DNA of 64,000 nucleotides from Oculina patagonica (Eukaryota): NCBI RefSeq assembly GCF_052425735.1, contig NC_135766.1, positions 25,854,001 to 25,918,000 of the forward strand, read 5' to 3'. Shown piece by piece: positions 1 to 10,980 of this stretch (position 1 is its first letter; each line of letters starts with the position of its first letter). The notes under the pieces were generated by a model. It saw only the letters and a program-made list of their open reading frames with translations, ran no database searches and was not told where the DNA came from. The position numbers and the translations under genes were made by a program.

Positions 1-1210
1 TACTTGGATCACGTTGCATTTAGCTCAGTGTCCACGTTACCTGAAAAGACAAACGGAAGTTTTGTCGGACATGCAAATGTGAATTGTCGTTGAGTACAAA
101 GTGAAAGGCTTGTTCATCGTACAACTGAGTAAACAAACAAAAATCTGCCTATTAACTCACCCCTCTTGGAATCCCTGTACGTATCTAATAAAAAAGCCCC
201 TTTTTATTTTTTAACACCCCCCTCCCCCCCCCCCCAACACTCCCTTTTCAAAATGGGGCGCAAAGACAGATTATGTTCAGCAAAACATTTTTTCTAAAGT
301 TTTTACGCCCACTACGTTATTTTTTGTTACTTCTGACTAACATCGTCTGCTGCTATTTGCACTAGCTGATTTGTTAAGTAAAACATGCCTCTGTATCCAT
401 CTCCAAAAAGCCCCCTCTCCTAAAGGAATAAGCCCCCTGGGCTTAATAGGTCTTTTAAGGTAAACGAGATCAAGAGAAGCTTTGATGAGGTTACGCTAAG
501 TTAGCGAAGAATCATAACAGTAGTATCGATTATTTTTCTGTTTTTTTTTTTTTGTTGTTGTTTATTTTAACGTTTGGACAGTATTGACTTTTATTGACGA
601 ATTGTATTTGCACGTCATGGGTCAATAACAGTGAAAACTCTTTGTAATGCGTGGGTTGTTTAACAACCCACATATGACAAAGAAAAAAAATATAAAACTT
701 AAAAAACAGTTTTTACAGTGGTCATTATCCTCAAGAGGTTTGCTTTTGTTGAAACTGATCATGCAAGTGAAACAAGGATTGTAAAACTATGTTAAAACTC
801 AAGGACATGATGCCGAAATTATCAATAGCAAAGTTTGCATTTTGTAAAAACTATCGGATATCTTCCACCTGTCAGACCTGCGTTTACGATAGAAACCCAT
901 ATGTAGTTACGTGCATAGCTGGGTCCAGCGAACACAAAAGTGCACCTCATTAGTATTGCATTAGTGCTTAGGAGAAAAAGAAAATTAAAATTAGCAATTC
1001 GTATTTAAGATTGTAGTGGTCTCTGGCCATGCATGGTTACACTTGATCGAGTTTCGCGCGAGTCATCTGTCAAGACGGAAAAACTGTTCATCCGTGCAGT
1101 GTTCACGGCTTGTTTTGCTATATTACTACTAGTATTTTTTTATTTTATTTGTGACTACCGTAGTATACTTTTTAGACTATATTTTAGTCGTGTAGTTCAA
1201 ATGGACCGTG

Positions 1211-2105
1211 ATGCATTTGTCAGCTATTTATGTGTTTTTATCCCTTGCATTTCTCGTACAACTAAAGCAAGTTGTGAGCCGAACCCCGCGGAGAGTGATC
1301 CAGCCAGAAATTACAAGACCTGCACATGATGAAAATGTTAAAGTAAAACATTTGACAGTGAAACGCAAAGATAGTCGCACGATTTCGGACGCCTTAGTGA
1401 AACAATCAAGACATTTACAACAAGACTATTCATGTAATTGTAGAGATTATTGCCCAGATCCTAACAGCAGCGAGCTTCAGGTAAGTTGAACTGTAAATTA
1501 CCATCTATACATGATCACTTTCTTGCTTATTTCATGTAACGCCGATCAAAAACTTGAAAACTATATCTCGGACAGCTTTTTTAAATAATTGCGATACATT
1601 AACAGTGGCTGTAGGATACAGAGATAGTCAGTTAAGATGAAAAGCACAGTGGAGTCCAGATTTCTCGAGCCTCCAAGGGAAACGAAAATTGGTTCGTGAA
1701 AGTGGAAGCTCGAAAAATCGGGGGTAAAATTAGTGTCCGATTGAAGAAACTTGGAGATATGAAAAATCGGGATCACGCTGTATAGAGTTTACAAAAACGT
1801 GAGCTGCAAGAACCAATTTTACACTGCTTATTTAAGTATAGAACTGAACCTTAATAAAAACTTTATTTCAGAGACTAATCTGGATTGAAAACCACCCTAT
1901 CTTCTGCAAAGAAACCGGGAGAATTGATATCGAGAAGGAACCCTACCTAGCTGCCTGCTTCTTCTTTTGCTGTCGAAAATGTAACGTGGAATATTACAAG
2001 TGTGTTCTGACTGAAATCAGAGATTACTGTCTAAAGTCAGCTTACGAATGCGCTGGCAAATGTGTCAAGGAAAGTTTATTGAAAATCAACATTAAAGGAT
2101 GGTGA
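1211..2105 (+). CDS. Secreted cysteine-rich protein, unassigned family, paralogue A (167 aa, 2 exons)
   Basis: Exons 1211-1480 and 1872-2105, phase-0 GT-AG intron (cag|gtaag ... tttcag|). Signal-peptide-like MHLSAIYVFLSLAFLVQL, a basic pro-region (RR, KRK) and CNCRDYC in exon 1. Exon 2 reads RLIWIENHPIFC...ACFFFCCRKCNVEYYKCVLTEIRDYCLKSAYECAGKCVKESLLKINIKGW*. Confidence 0.85.
1645..1783. mobile_element. Short degenerate Tc1/mariner-type MITE fragment in the intron
   Basis: Begins CAGTGGAGTCC and ends CGCTGTA, with CGAAAAATCGG repeats inside; the TIRs are imperfect. Confidence 0.4.
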
Positions 2106-3941
2106 TGAGGCAGTATTCTTTGGACAACAAACATTAATATTGTAAGCGAAAAAAACAAAATTTTCCGAACTTATAATTACTGAAGAAATTGGTATTACTT
2201 GATGAATATGTTTTCTGCGTTTTTTATAAATGACATAAATTTGCACCTTTGATCTCAGTAAATTTATTTTAGAATTTCATATGTAAGGTATAACACTGCG
2301 AAACAGGTGCAGAGAAAATAAATAATAAAATAAACAAACCATACGTTGAATTAAAAATATATATATTGTTCCACAGTTTCACAACAAAGTTAAACTTTAT
2401 CATTTGTAACAAGATGCAGTTGAAATGATGGTGAATATTAACTCTCAGTTCTGAAGCTTTTGTTGTGTGTTTATCTCTACATTCTGATAGCATATACAAA
2501 GCAAGGAAATTCGAATGAAAAATGTGACCGTCATTCAAGTCTCAAGTTTGTCCACATTGTATTAAATCAATCGATTTCTTAATATTTCTGTTCAACAAAA
2601 TTAAATCTTCTTGTTGGGTTGTTGGGTTTACTTTTATCCAGGTAGACGTTTGAGCTTGATGCATGATTCGACGTATTTGTACGAGTTCATTCAATATATG
2701 AGAGAACACTACTTTTTACAGTTCACTCATGCAACCTGATAGATAGGAGAACAAAGCCATTTTATTTGATTTCTGTTCATGTAGAGGAATTAATGCTGAC
2801 TAATCGCGACGGAATTAACCTTGATGTGTTGAAACAAATCTGCACCACAAATTACTTCATTTCGAGTTTTGTTAGAAACAGGACAAGGGAAGGATGAACT
2901 TCTAACAGAGAAAGTTTTCAGATGAATTGTTGCTAACAACAACTTGGTCATGGCTTAGTAGTTACGACAAGGGGTTCTGAACTCTTTCATTCCTAAGCTC
3001 AAAATCTTAATTCTCATAATCATTGTCACACGTTTTTTCTAATGTTAGTTATAAGAATTTGTCCGTAGATCAAGACACTTACCTAGATGATCACATTTTC
3101 TATTCTCATTACCCATCTCTTTAAAATATATCGATATGAACGCAATGAAGAAATTGAAATTTAAATAACCGCGCGGTCTTCCGTATAATTAGTTCAATAC
3201 AGGGTCACGACTGTGAACAAACAAGTTTAAATTATTTGTAAAAATGACTTCTTGTTTGTTGTGGGTCGGTGGATTGACTATAACAATTTTTATTGTCATC
3301 AAAACTTGGGCATAGTGTAAGTCGTTTTTGTAACTTCTAGCCGGTGAAAGTTATTGAGGAGTACTTTGATGTTATTCTGTTTATTATGCTGTGACCATTT
3401 AAAACAAAGCTATTGTGTTCACTTACAATGCTGCTATTTACTTTCTCGACATTGTGCAAAATTCAATTTTGGAACGTTCTCAATTTTGACATTTTTTCTC
3501 CTTTCAGTGTAATGTAATTTAGCTCAAGACAGGAAGCCATTTTGGGGGTGCTCGTTATAATGTAACTTTTCACTTAAATGTTGTAACGTGGATGCAATCC
3601 GGCTTGACTTATTGCCAAAGCCCTAAGTGGGCATAGGGCCAGTAAGTCAAGTGGATGCAATCGAAATATAGAAGTGATAATTATAAAAAAATGGAAGCTA
3701 AAAGTAAAGAGAAGAACAATTGAAGGACAAGAATAAAGGGTGATAGGATTTATACTTGAACAAAAACACAATGAATCCATTTAAAATTGTTTATTTGTAG
3801 TTTACATGGCATTGAACCTGATTACATCACTTTAGGTTTGAACTACGGTAAAACAAAATGACTTTATTTCCAGAAGCCTTAGAATTGTCTACAAACAGCT
3901 TTTAAGCAGCCAGTACAACAACGCTCATTGGATCAGTCAGT

Positions 3942-4794
3942 TTAAGGGGTCGGCTGCGGAGGTGGAATTGAAGGTGGGTTTGTCTGCGGAGGTGGAGTTT
4001 GAGGTGGACGTGTGTGGACTGGTACTGGGTTATAAGGCAGCTCTTTGAATGACTTCTTGTCAATGCAGTCACACATGCATTTGTAAGCACCGCGCATACA
4101 GAAACCATAAGTGTTCGGCTTTGTTGCCAGGCATTTGTAAAACAGCCAGTTGCATTTACGGCAGCAGTCAAACACTTCTTTGCAGACGTATTTCTTCTGT
4201 GGTTTGTTATCACTTCTAGGTGGCAGCATAATGGCTGATGCATCGCGACAAAGCACCGGGAAGTTTTCGTAGCTGAGATAGTTCTTTTCGTACTACAAAA
4301 CAACAAAAAACGTAAAATATAAATGAAAGCATCTTCTCAAAAAGTACACAAAGGCGTCATAAATACCACGAAATAGTTTTCTATCGATTTTTTATATTAT
4401 GAAACTGCTACGCACTTAAAAACAGATATTGTTTCTAGCATGGCTGGTAAAAGTCAAAACATTTACTTGTCGATATAACATGTTTATCATTTTCTTTTTT
4501 TTAACTGACCGTTACTGCCTTTGGAAGTCGATCGTTGTTCAGATCATGACAGACTCCATCACAGTCGCAGTCGTGAGGGTTTGGCTTCTCTCCTTCACCC
4601 CCATCTCCACCATCAGGAGCTTGTGTCGGCTTGTCCGTTGGAGCATCGGTGGCTTGATCTGGTGTAGGATCGGCAGGGTCTTGCATTCTATCTAAGGTAC
4701 CAAGAGCTTCATCGAATGTGTACATGTCCGCCATACGCCCTCGTGCAGCCATGATGGCTGCAGCGAGAAGACAAACAAACAAGTACGATTTCAT
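3942..4794 (-). CDS. Secreted cysteine-rich protein, unassigned family, paralogue B (about 211 aa, 2 exons) with acidic Thr/Pro linker and Pro-rich tail
   Basis: Exons 4794-4510 (donor ACG|gtcagt; alternative in-frame donor at 4516) and 4292-3942 (tttgtag|TAC), phase 0. Signal peptide MKSYLFVCLLAAAIMAARG; CDCDGVC; YENFPVLC; CKEVFDCCRKCNWLFYKC-x10-CMRGAYKCMCDC; PPQT-rich tail. AATAAA on the minus strand at 3790-3795. Confidence 0.88.
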
Positions 4795-4849
4795 GTTAGC
4801 AATGAGAGAACGCGACGAGCGAGAACGGTGTTTGAAAAAGCACTTGTAC

Positions 4850-4888
4850 ACTGAATGAGATTGGGTGTGTTAAAAGCTTTTATATCAC
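4850..4888 (-). promoter_or_regulatory. TATA box plus TCAGT initiator of paralogue B
   Basis: Minus-strand GTGATATAAAAG (4888-4877) followed about 23 nt later by TCAGT (4854-4850); same arrangement as paralogue C. Confidence 0.6.
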
Positions 4889-6576
4889 GAAGGCGGAAAA
4901 TGAAATGCGTGAACTGTTTGTTTCTTGTTTTTGATTCGTTACCTTGAGAATTGTTTGTAATTAGCTGATTCATTCATAACGTCAATTGATGCGTAGTCTT
5001 TGTTTGGTTCGTCACGTACATTGTTGTCTTTTAAATTACTTGAAAACAAGTGTACGGTTTTTCTCAGTGGTTCCAAAATATTTTATTTTGTATGAGAAGC
5101 CAAAAAGGGCAAGATGTTTCGTGAAAAAGTGTAAGTTTTTTGGAATACCTTTGTGGGAAACATTGCTTAATTTATTAAAGATAAAAGGTTCTTTTGTTCA
5201 ATGGAATTTTTTCCTGTTTTTGCAAGAGTGAACTGTTTTGCGTGAGTATGTGGGCCGCCTGCTTTACGATGTTGTATTCAATGCGTTTAATTCTTTTAAA
5301 TTACAGAACCGTTAATTTTTCCGCAATCACTAGACCAAACCGAACCATAATTGTTTTTCTATTATCTTGTAATTCAAATGTAGGCCTCTTAATTCGGGAC
5401 CGTGATATTTTCCTATCACGAGCCCTTTGTACTTGACTTGTGTTTTTTTAAACGAAACTGCAGCATCCGAGCTCTACTTTGGAACAAACAAGTTTTTGGT
5501 CATGTTTTGTTTTTTACCAGTTTTCTTAGGGTCATCTATGAGCTATGAGTCCTTTTCGTGAGCTTATGCATGGCTGGTCTTTTCAATAGCTTTTTATTCC
5601 AATTTTTTTAATTTTTTCGTTGTGTTTTAGCCCATTAATACACTGATTGATTTCAAGCACCGCTTATTGATAGCAAAAACCCGCTTTGTTCAACGAGGTA
5701 ATTAAGCTCTGCCCACTTCAGTCCAACGCGGAAAAATTAACGGTCAGTAACTTTTAAAGGGCAAACGTACATAATTATACCCCCATGGCGCTCTGTTGTT
5801 ATTGATAATACCGCCTATACAAGTTTGTTTATCCATTAGGCCGCATTAGTAAATAATTCTGCGGTGATAACAACAACATGGTATGCGATAAGCCATATTA
5901 TTATTTAAATCGAATCGTGTTTAGTATATTGATTCACGAGGAACATTGGGAAAATGCAATTGCTCTTTATTAAAAATATGTGCCAAATTTCTTGTGGTTC
6001 CCTATTTTGTAGTATTATTTTTGCTCTCCTCAATACTGTTAAAGTTATTTTCAAAGTGTTGAAATTGTTTCTTAACTACTTCGATAAGTTTATTAGGATC
6101 TGGGCGAATGAGAAGGGAGTACGAATTTATTCCCAGAAATTATAACATATAGAGCAATTAAAAGAAGACAGAAGAAAATAGAAACTAAAGTGATTCAACA
6201 AAAAAGGTTGCAGATTAATTTCCAAATTTCTTTCTCTAGAAGGATGAAATTTTTCCAAGTGTTTTTCTTACGCCAGGGAGGAGGAACGGATGATTTTAAG
6301 GGAGTGTATATTTTTGTTTTGTTTCATGCTTCAAGTTAATGTCTCATTCGTGATACAAAAAATAAATCAAAGTATTTTTAATGTACATTTATTTTGTTCA
6401 TCAGTTTACAAACTTTCATACAAACCACGGAAAGCTTTCGGAAATACAACTATAGGCAAAAACTAAAATTGAAGTAGCTTTGTTTGTATTGAAACGATAT
6501 AGCGTTTCTAAAACTGGTGTTTTCGACAACTAACAGAGCCCACTGCAAGTGTCGCAGCAATGTTCTAGTCAGCCAT

Positions 6577-7270
6577 TTACTGGCCTTGGATTTCAGGATT
6601 TTCTGGAGGGTTGTGTTTCTTCAGACAATCACACATGCACTTGAAGTTTTTTCTGTAGCAAAATTCTTCGCCGCCATCGAAGTGTCCCAGTAAATTCACA
6701 CACTTGTGGTGCTCAGCATTACATGCTCGGCAGCAGTCGAACAGATACAGGCACATAAACTGACATTGGTACTTGGGTTTCTTTTGGAACACAACAGTTG
6801 AGGCTAACACGCAGTTGATTGGTTCTTCTTCAAATTTGTGGAAGTTTTCGGATTTCTGTAAAATAAGGAAAGAATCAAGATAAGTTTGGCATCAGATGGC
6901 AGCAGACTTTTGCGCGATAGTACGTGGAAAGGTGTGGCATCAAGAACGTATGCATCGGTAAAATACTACGTAACGATTTCAAATTCAATGTTGTAAGACC
7001 AGAATTAAAACACAGTGGAGTGATTGTTACCTGTAAGAAGTCTGGCACTTTCACCCTTTCACACTGTGGCTCGCAGTGCGCCAAACACTTGGTGGATTCG
7101 TCGTTCTGAGGCACTAATGCTGGCTCATCTTGCAGCTGTAAGCTCGTTACCTCAGGCAGAAGTGATCTGTGCTCAGGACGAAAGAAACGCTTTACATGTT
7201 CTTCAGTGCTAAAGGCATTTACCAACACAATGGCGAGGGAGAGGGTAACAAGAAAACTATACGCCTTCAT
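6577..7270 (-). CDS. Secreted cysteine-rich protein, unassigned family, paralogue C (172 aa, 2 exons)
   Basis: Exons 7270-7031 (CAG|gtaac) and 6855-6577 (tttacag|AAA), phase 0. Signal peptide MKAYSFLVTLSLAIVLVNA, KR site, CLAHCEPQC, EEPINC, CLYLFDCCRACNAEHHKC-x13-CYRKNFKCMCDC. Confidence 0.88.
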
Positions 7271-7335
7271 GTTGAGATTGCAAGACAAACACGAAACGCT
7301 CGATGAAGTATCTGCTTCCACGCAAGCTTTCGTCG

Positions 7336-7375
7336 ACTGAAAGTAAAGCTTTGTTAAACCGATCTTTTATATCAC
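7336..7375 (-). promoter_or_regulatory. TATA box plus TCAGT initiator of paralogue C
   Basis: Minus-strand GTGATATAAAAG (7375-7364) followed about 24 nt later by TCAGT (7340-7336). Confidence 0.6.
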
Positions 7376-10300
7376 CAAACAGGAACTAAGGATGTTCCTT
7401 TGTTGTTGTGATGCATTGTCATGTAATTGACGTCTTCAATTGTATGCCGCGTCACTGAGTGGGTTTCTTTTGTAATACGTGACATGGCGTTGTCATGTCA
7501 AACAAAATACAAAATCAATCGCAGTGATTTTAACCCGGTAAAGGTTATATTAACAAGTTTTTAAAACTTTTCCAACAACTTTATAAGTTTAAATTGTTTT
7601 GGCCTCGTCAGACTGACTTAAGTCATTCTTTTTCTTTGTTTTGAACATGCAATGGTTCGGCCTCATTCGCTTCGCTAATTGCACATAAAAAGATCAACTT
7701 AAATCATGTCACGTTTGGTTGAAACAGGAAAATTCCGTTCCAGCAAGGTTTAACGATAATTGACTAATGACTTAAGAAACCGAAGTCCAAAACAGCTCTG
7801 TTTTGATCAAGATAAATTGGATATATTTTTAATCTGTTTGAATAATTATCCTGCCTATTGGGGCAAAAAGAACTCGTTCTGCTTCCTCACCCAGAAAATT
7901 ATAAAAAGTTGCTGAATTTTAAGCCAATTACACCGGTGCAGTAATATTGCTGTGTTGTTCTGTTTATGCATTAATGGATTTAATTTAAACTTCAAGCAAA
8001 AGAAACATGTTTTAAGTTTTCTCTTTCGTGATGTTCTGTACGTTTGATACACGTAATTGTAGACATGGTAGATAAGACGAATTTTAATCCATTCCCTAAA
8101 AAGAACAAATTACTTTTCTACTACAGCTTCAGCGAAAAGTTTGAACATGTCATGATTTGAAGTACCAGCACAACATTCCATTTAATAAACTGGTACACCT
8201 TTATGTCGCAATGATCCCTCTACATTACCTTTGAAAAACTAAAATGTTTTACTTGGCTTCTTTAATTTGGAAAATTATTATGATGGTTACTTACATATAT
8301 AGGTTAACTATCAACTGGCAGACTATTTGTTAATTGCACAAGCCTCCATGACTCCATGACACGACTGTCACATATCACTGTTAGAAGCGCGCCACCGCTA
8401 TATCATGACAGGAACCATATCTGCTAATCATCCAACTGTTTTATATTTTATATTTTTCTTTTCACCCACGTGAGATTCTAAATCGATTAACAACTGCAAA
8501 ACTGTTCCAGAAATGAGAACATAAATATCGAGAAAGTAAACTTTAGTGCAGAGTTTGCAAAGCCACTCTCTCTAATTATATTGATTTGAAAAGTTTTTAC
8601 TTTCTCTATATCCATCCTAGCGAGCTACAACTTTGTAATAATACTAAAATTGGATTTGCTGATTTTCATTCGTGGAAATAAATACTGTATCAACAATCGA
8701 TGCCATAAGTCCGGTGTTGGACGATAACAGCAATAAGAGCACAGTCTTGGTTCATGACGTTTCATTTTTCTGTCCATTTCACGGCACGTGCACGGGATTA
8801 CATCAGTCAACTGTTTACGAGATGAGAGTTTAGAGGCTGTGAATACAGCGATCATGCTCTCGGTCAGTTTTGAGAATTAAACGGAATATCTACTTTTCAG
8901 TTTGAACTAAAGGGTTGATTATAAGGAATCATATGGCCCCCGGATAAGAAGGATCCCGAGAAGAATAATGAAATGATGCTGTACCAAGACATAGGGATAG
9001 CGCAAATATTCAACGTTTCTAATTCATTCTCTTCATCTTAAAATTGACTACTTTAAAATAGTTCTTTTCTTTGACTCCGATAATTTAAAATCCACACGCT
9101 TTCTTGTCAAGTAATAAGCTAGAAATCGGTTGAATGATTAGCTTCGTATCTTTACTTTCACTTCAAGATGGCACCCTTGAGATTTTTTGCCACCAAAAAT
9201 TTAAACAACACTCGAAATGGATGAATTCAAACTAACATTTACTGATGCTCTGCCCCACCAGATCACTTTTCACTGATTTTTCAAGTAAACCCTAACAATG
9301 AATGCAACCACTGTTTTCAAAACAAAATCACGAAATCGTTGCTTAACAACAAGTTTCATATTCCAAATTCCAAATTCCGTATTTGAAATGAAAAAAATCC
9401 CAAATGGTAAATTTTTATTTCAGTTTAAATACCGTATATCGATTAAGCGTACACCCTCGATTAAGAGCTCCCATTAAAATGATGAACATAGAAGTAAGAG
9501 AAGGAGCTTTTGTTGCAGAAAATAAAATAGAATAAATTAGAGCGGTTTAATCGTGAATTTGACAAGAGAAATTTGGAAACTTGGAATATTTAAAGCCCTG
9601 AGTGCTTACTTGAAATACTCGGCCTTATCAACACCAAGCAAAAGTACCTTGCTAAATTTTGAACGTAAATAACCGCCATCTTGAAGTAGGCGTAACTAAA
9701 CAGGAATTGTCCTCATCTGTGGCAAATATAAGTGCAACATTGCCACTAAACTATAATTTCCTTGCACTTAAATCAAGATAGAGGGAAAAGATTTTGGGAA
9801 GCATGTTTAGAAACAGTTAACCAAAGAAACTTTTGCATTACATTTGTAGCGTTATCAGGGGATCATAGAGATGGATGGAATTGTATGGAAATCCGAAGTC
9901 CACAGAAGTACCCCTGATAAAGCTTATTAACCACGCTTTACGTTTTCTATGCAATATACATTTACCAAGTAAATAATATCTGCAGAAAATTTTACGTATA
10001 AAACCGTATGGAAAGAAAACAAACTGAATTCAGTTACTAGTGATTTGTAGCATATCCAATCGATATTCAAGTAACAAACTCACTTGCTAACGATTTTGAG
10101 TTTAACTTAAAAGTCAAATTTAAAATTTAATAGTTAATTGAGTCTTGGTTGCACTGAACAGAATTTCAGACCATGTTTGCCCCGATGATCAGGCCATGAT
10201 CCTCCAGCAAATGCTAACCTGAAGTATATTCCATCCACATGATGATGAGGCAAAATTATAACTGTTAGCTGAGAAAGCTCTAAAACTTGATATGCAGTAA

Positions 10301-10980
10301 TACTCTTTTATTTTCTATCTTAGTCTGAGATTTCGGAAATTAAAGTCGTTAAGAAATTCTCCCTGGTTACAATATTCAGTTGTTATGGATTCCCATACAA
10401 ACACTGTGGCCTTCTCTCTTGTTCTTAATACAATGCCCAATAATTCCCTATCACCCTGCCCCCCCCCCCCCCCCCCCACAGTACAAGAGCAAGATATATT
10501 TTGGAACATTTTTGCCTTTCAAGCAGGTCTAAATTATTGCTTCAAGTTACTCTTTTATTTATTTATTTTATTGTATGTTATATAGACATTGCCCATATAC
10601 AATTCCTTTATAGACTTGGAATTTGCAATGGGTCTCCAGCCCGGGGGCCGGGCGATCCAGGGAATTAAGTAATACCGGATTGAAAACCTCGAAAAACCGG
10701 ACGTTTCGTTCCCGCCCGATTGTCCCTCGGCTATCAGCACCTCAATTTTACATACAAATTATTGGATCATAAAAGAGTTTAATTTTTGTCAAATTGGCAG
10801 CACTTCATTTATATGCTGTTTATTTTTTGCCCTGAAATTCTCCACCGTGGAATTTCCTGTTCTTGTTGACCTTGCCAATCATCACACGAAGATCTTGGCA
10901 CTGTAAATCTACCTCCTGTGCTTCTATAATTAAACTCTGCGGTTCTGCGATCACGTTCTATCTAACGCGTCTGTTTTTGC

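Noticed and set aside
2103-2108. TGA TGA at the end of paralogue A as selenocysteine or readthrough
   Set aside because: A tandem stop, no SECIS-like hairpin visible, and the paralogues end at comparable positions with TAA.
1872-6855. Phospholipase A2 or insulin-like identity for the Cys-rich triplet
   Set aside because: The CCRxC motif lacks the catalytic His-Asp of PLA2 (CCxxHD) and does not fit the insulin A-chain CCx3Cx8C spacing.
8625-8855. ORF with CTC...CSYCC resembling a DUF4773 exon
   Set aside because: The spacing differs, and there is no signal peptide or matching 35/58-nt exons nearby.
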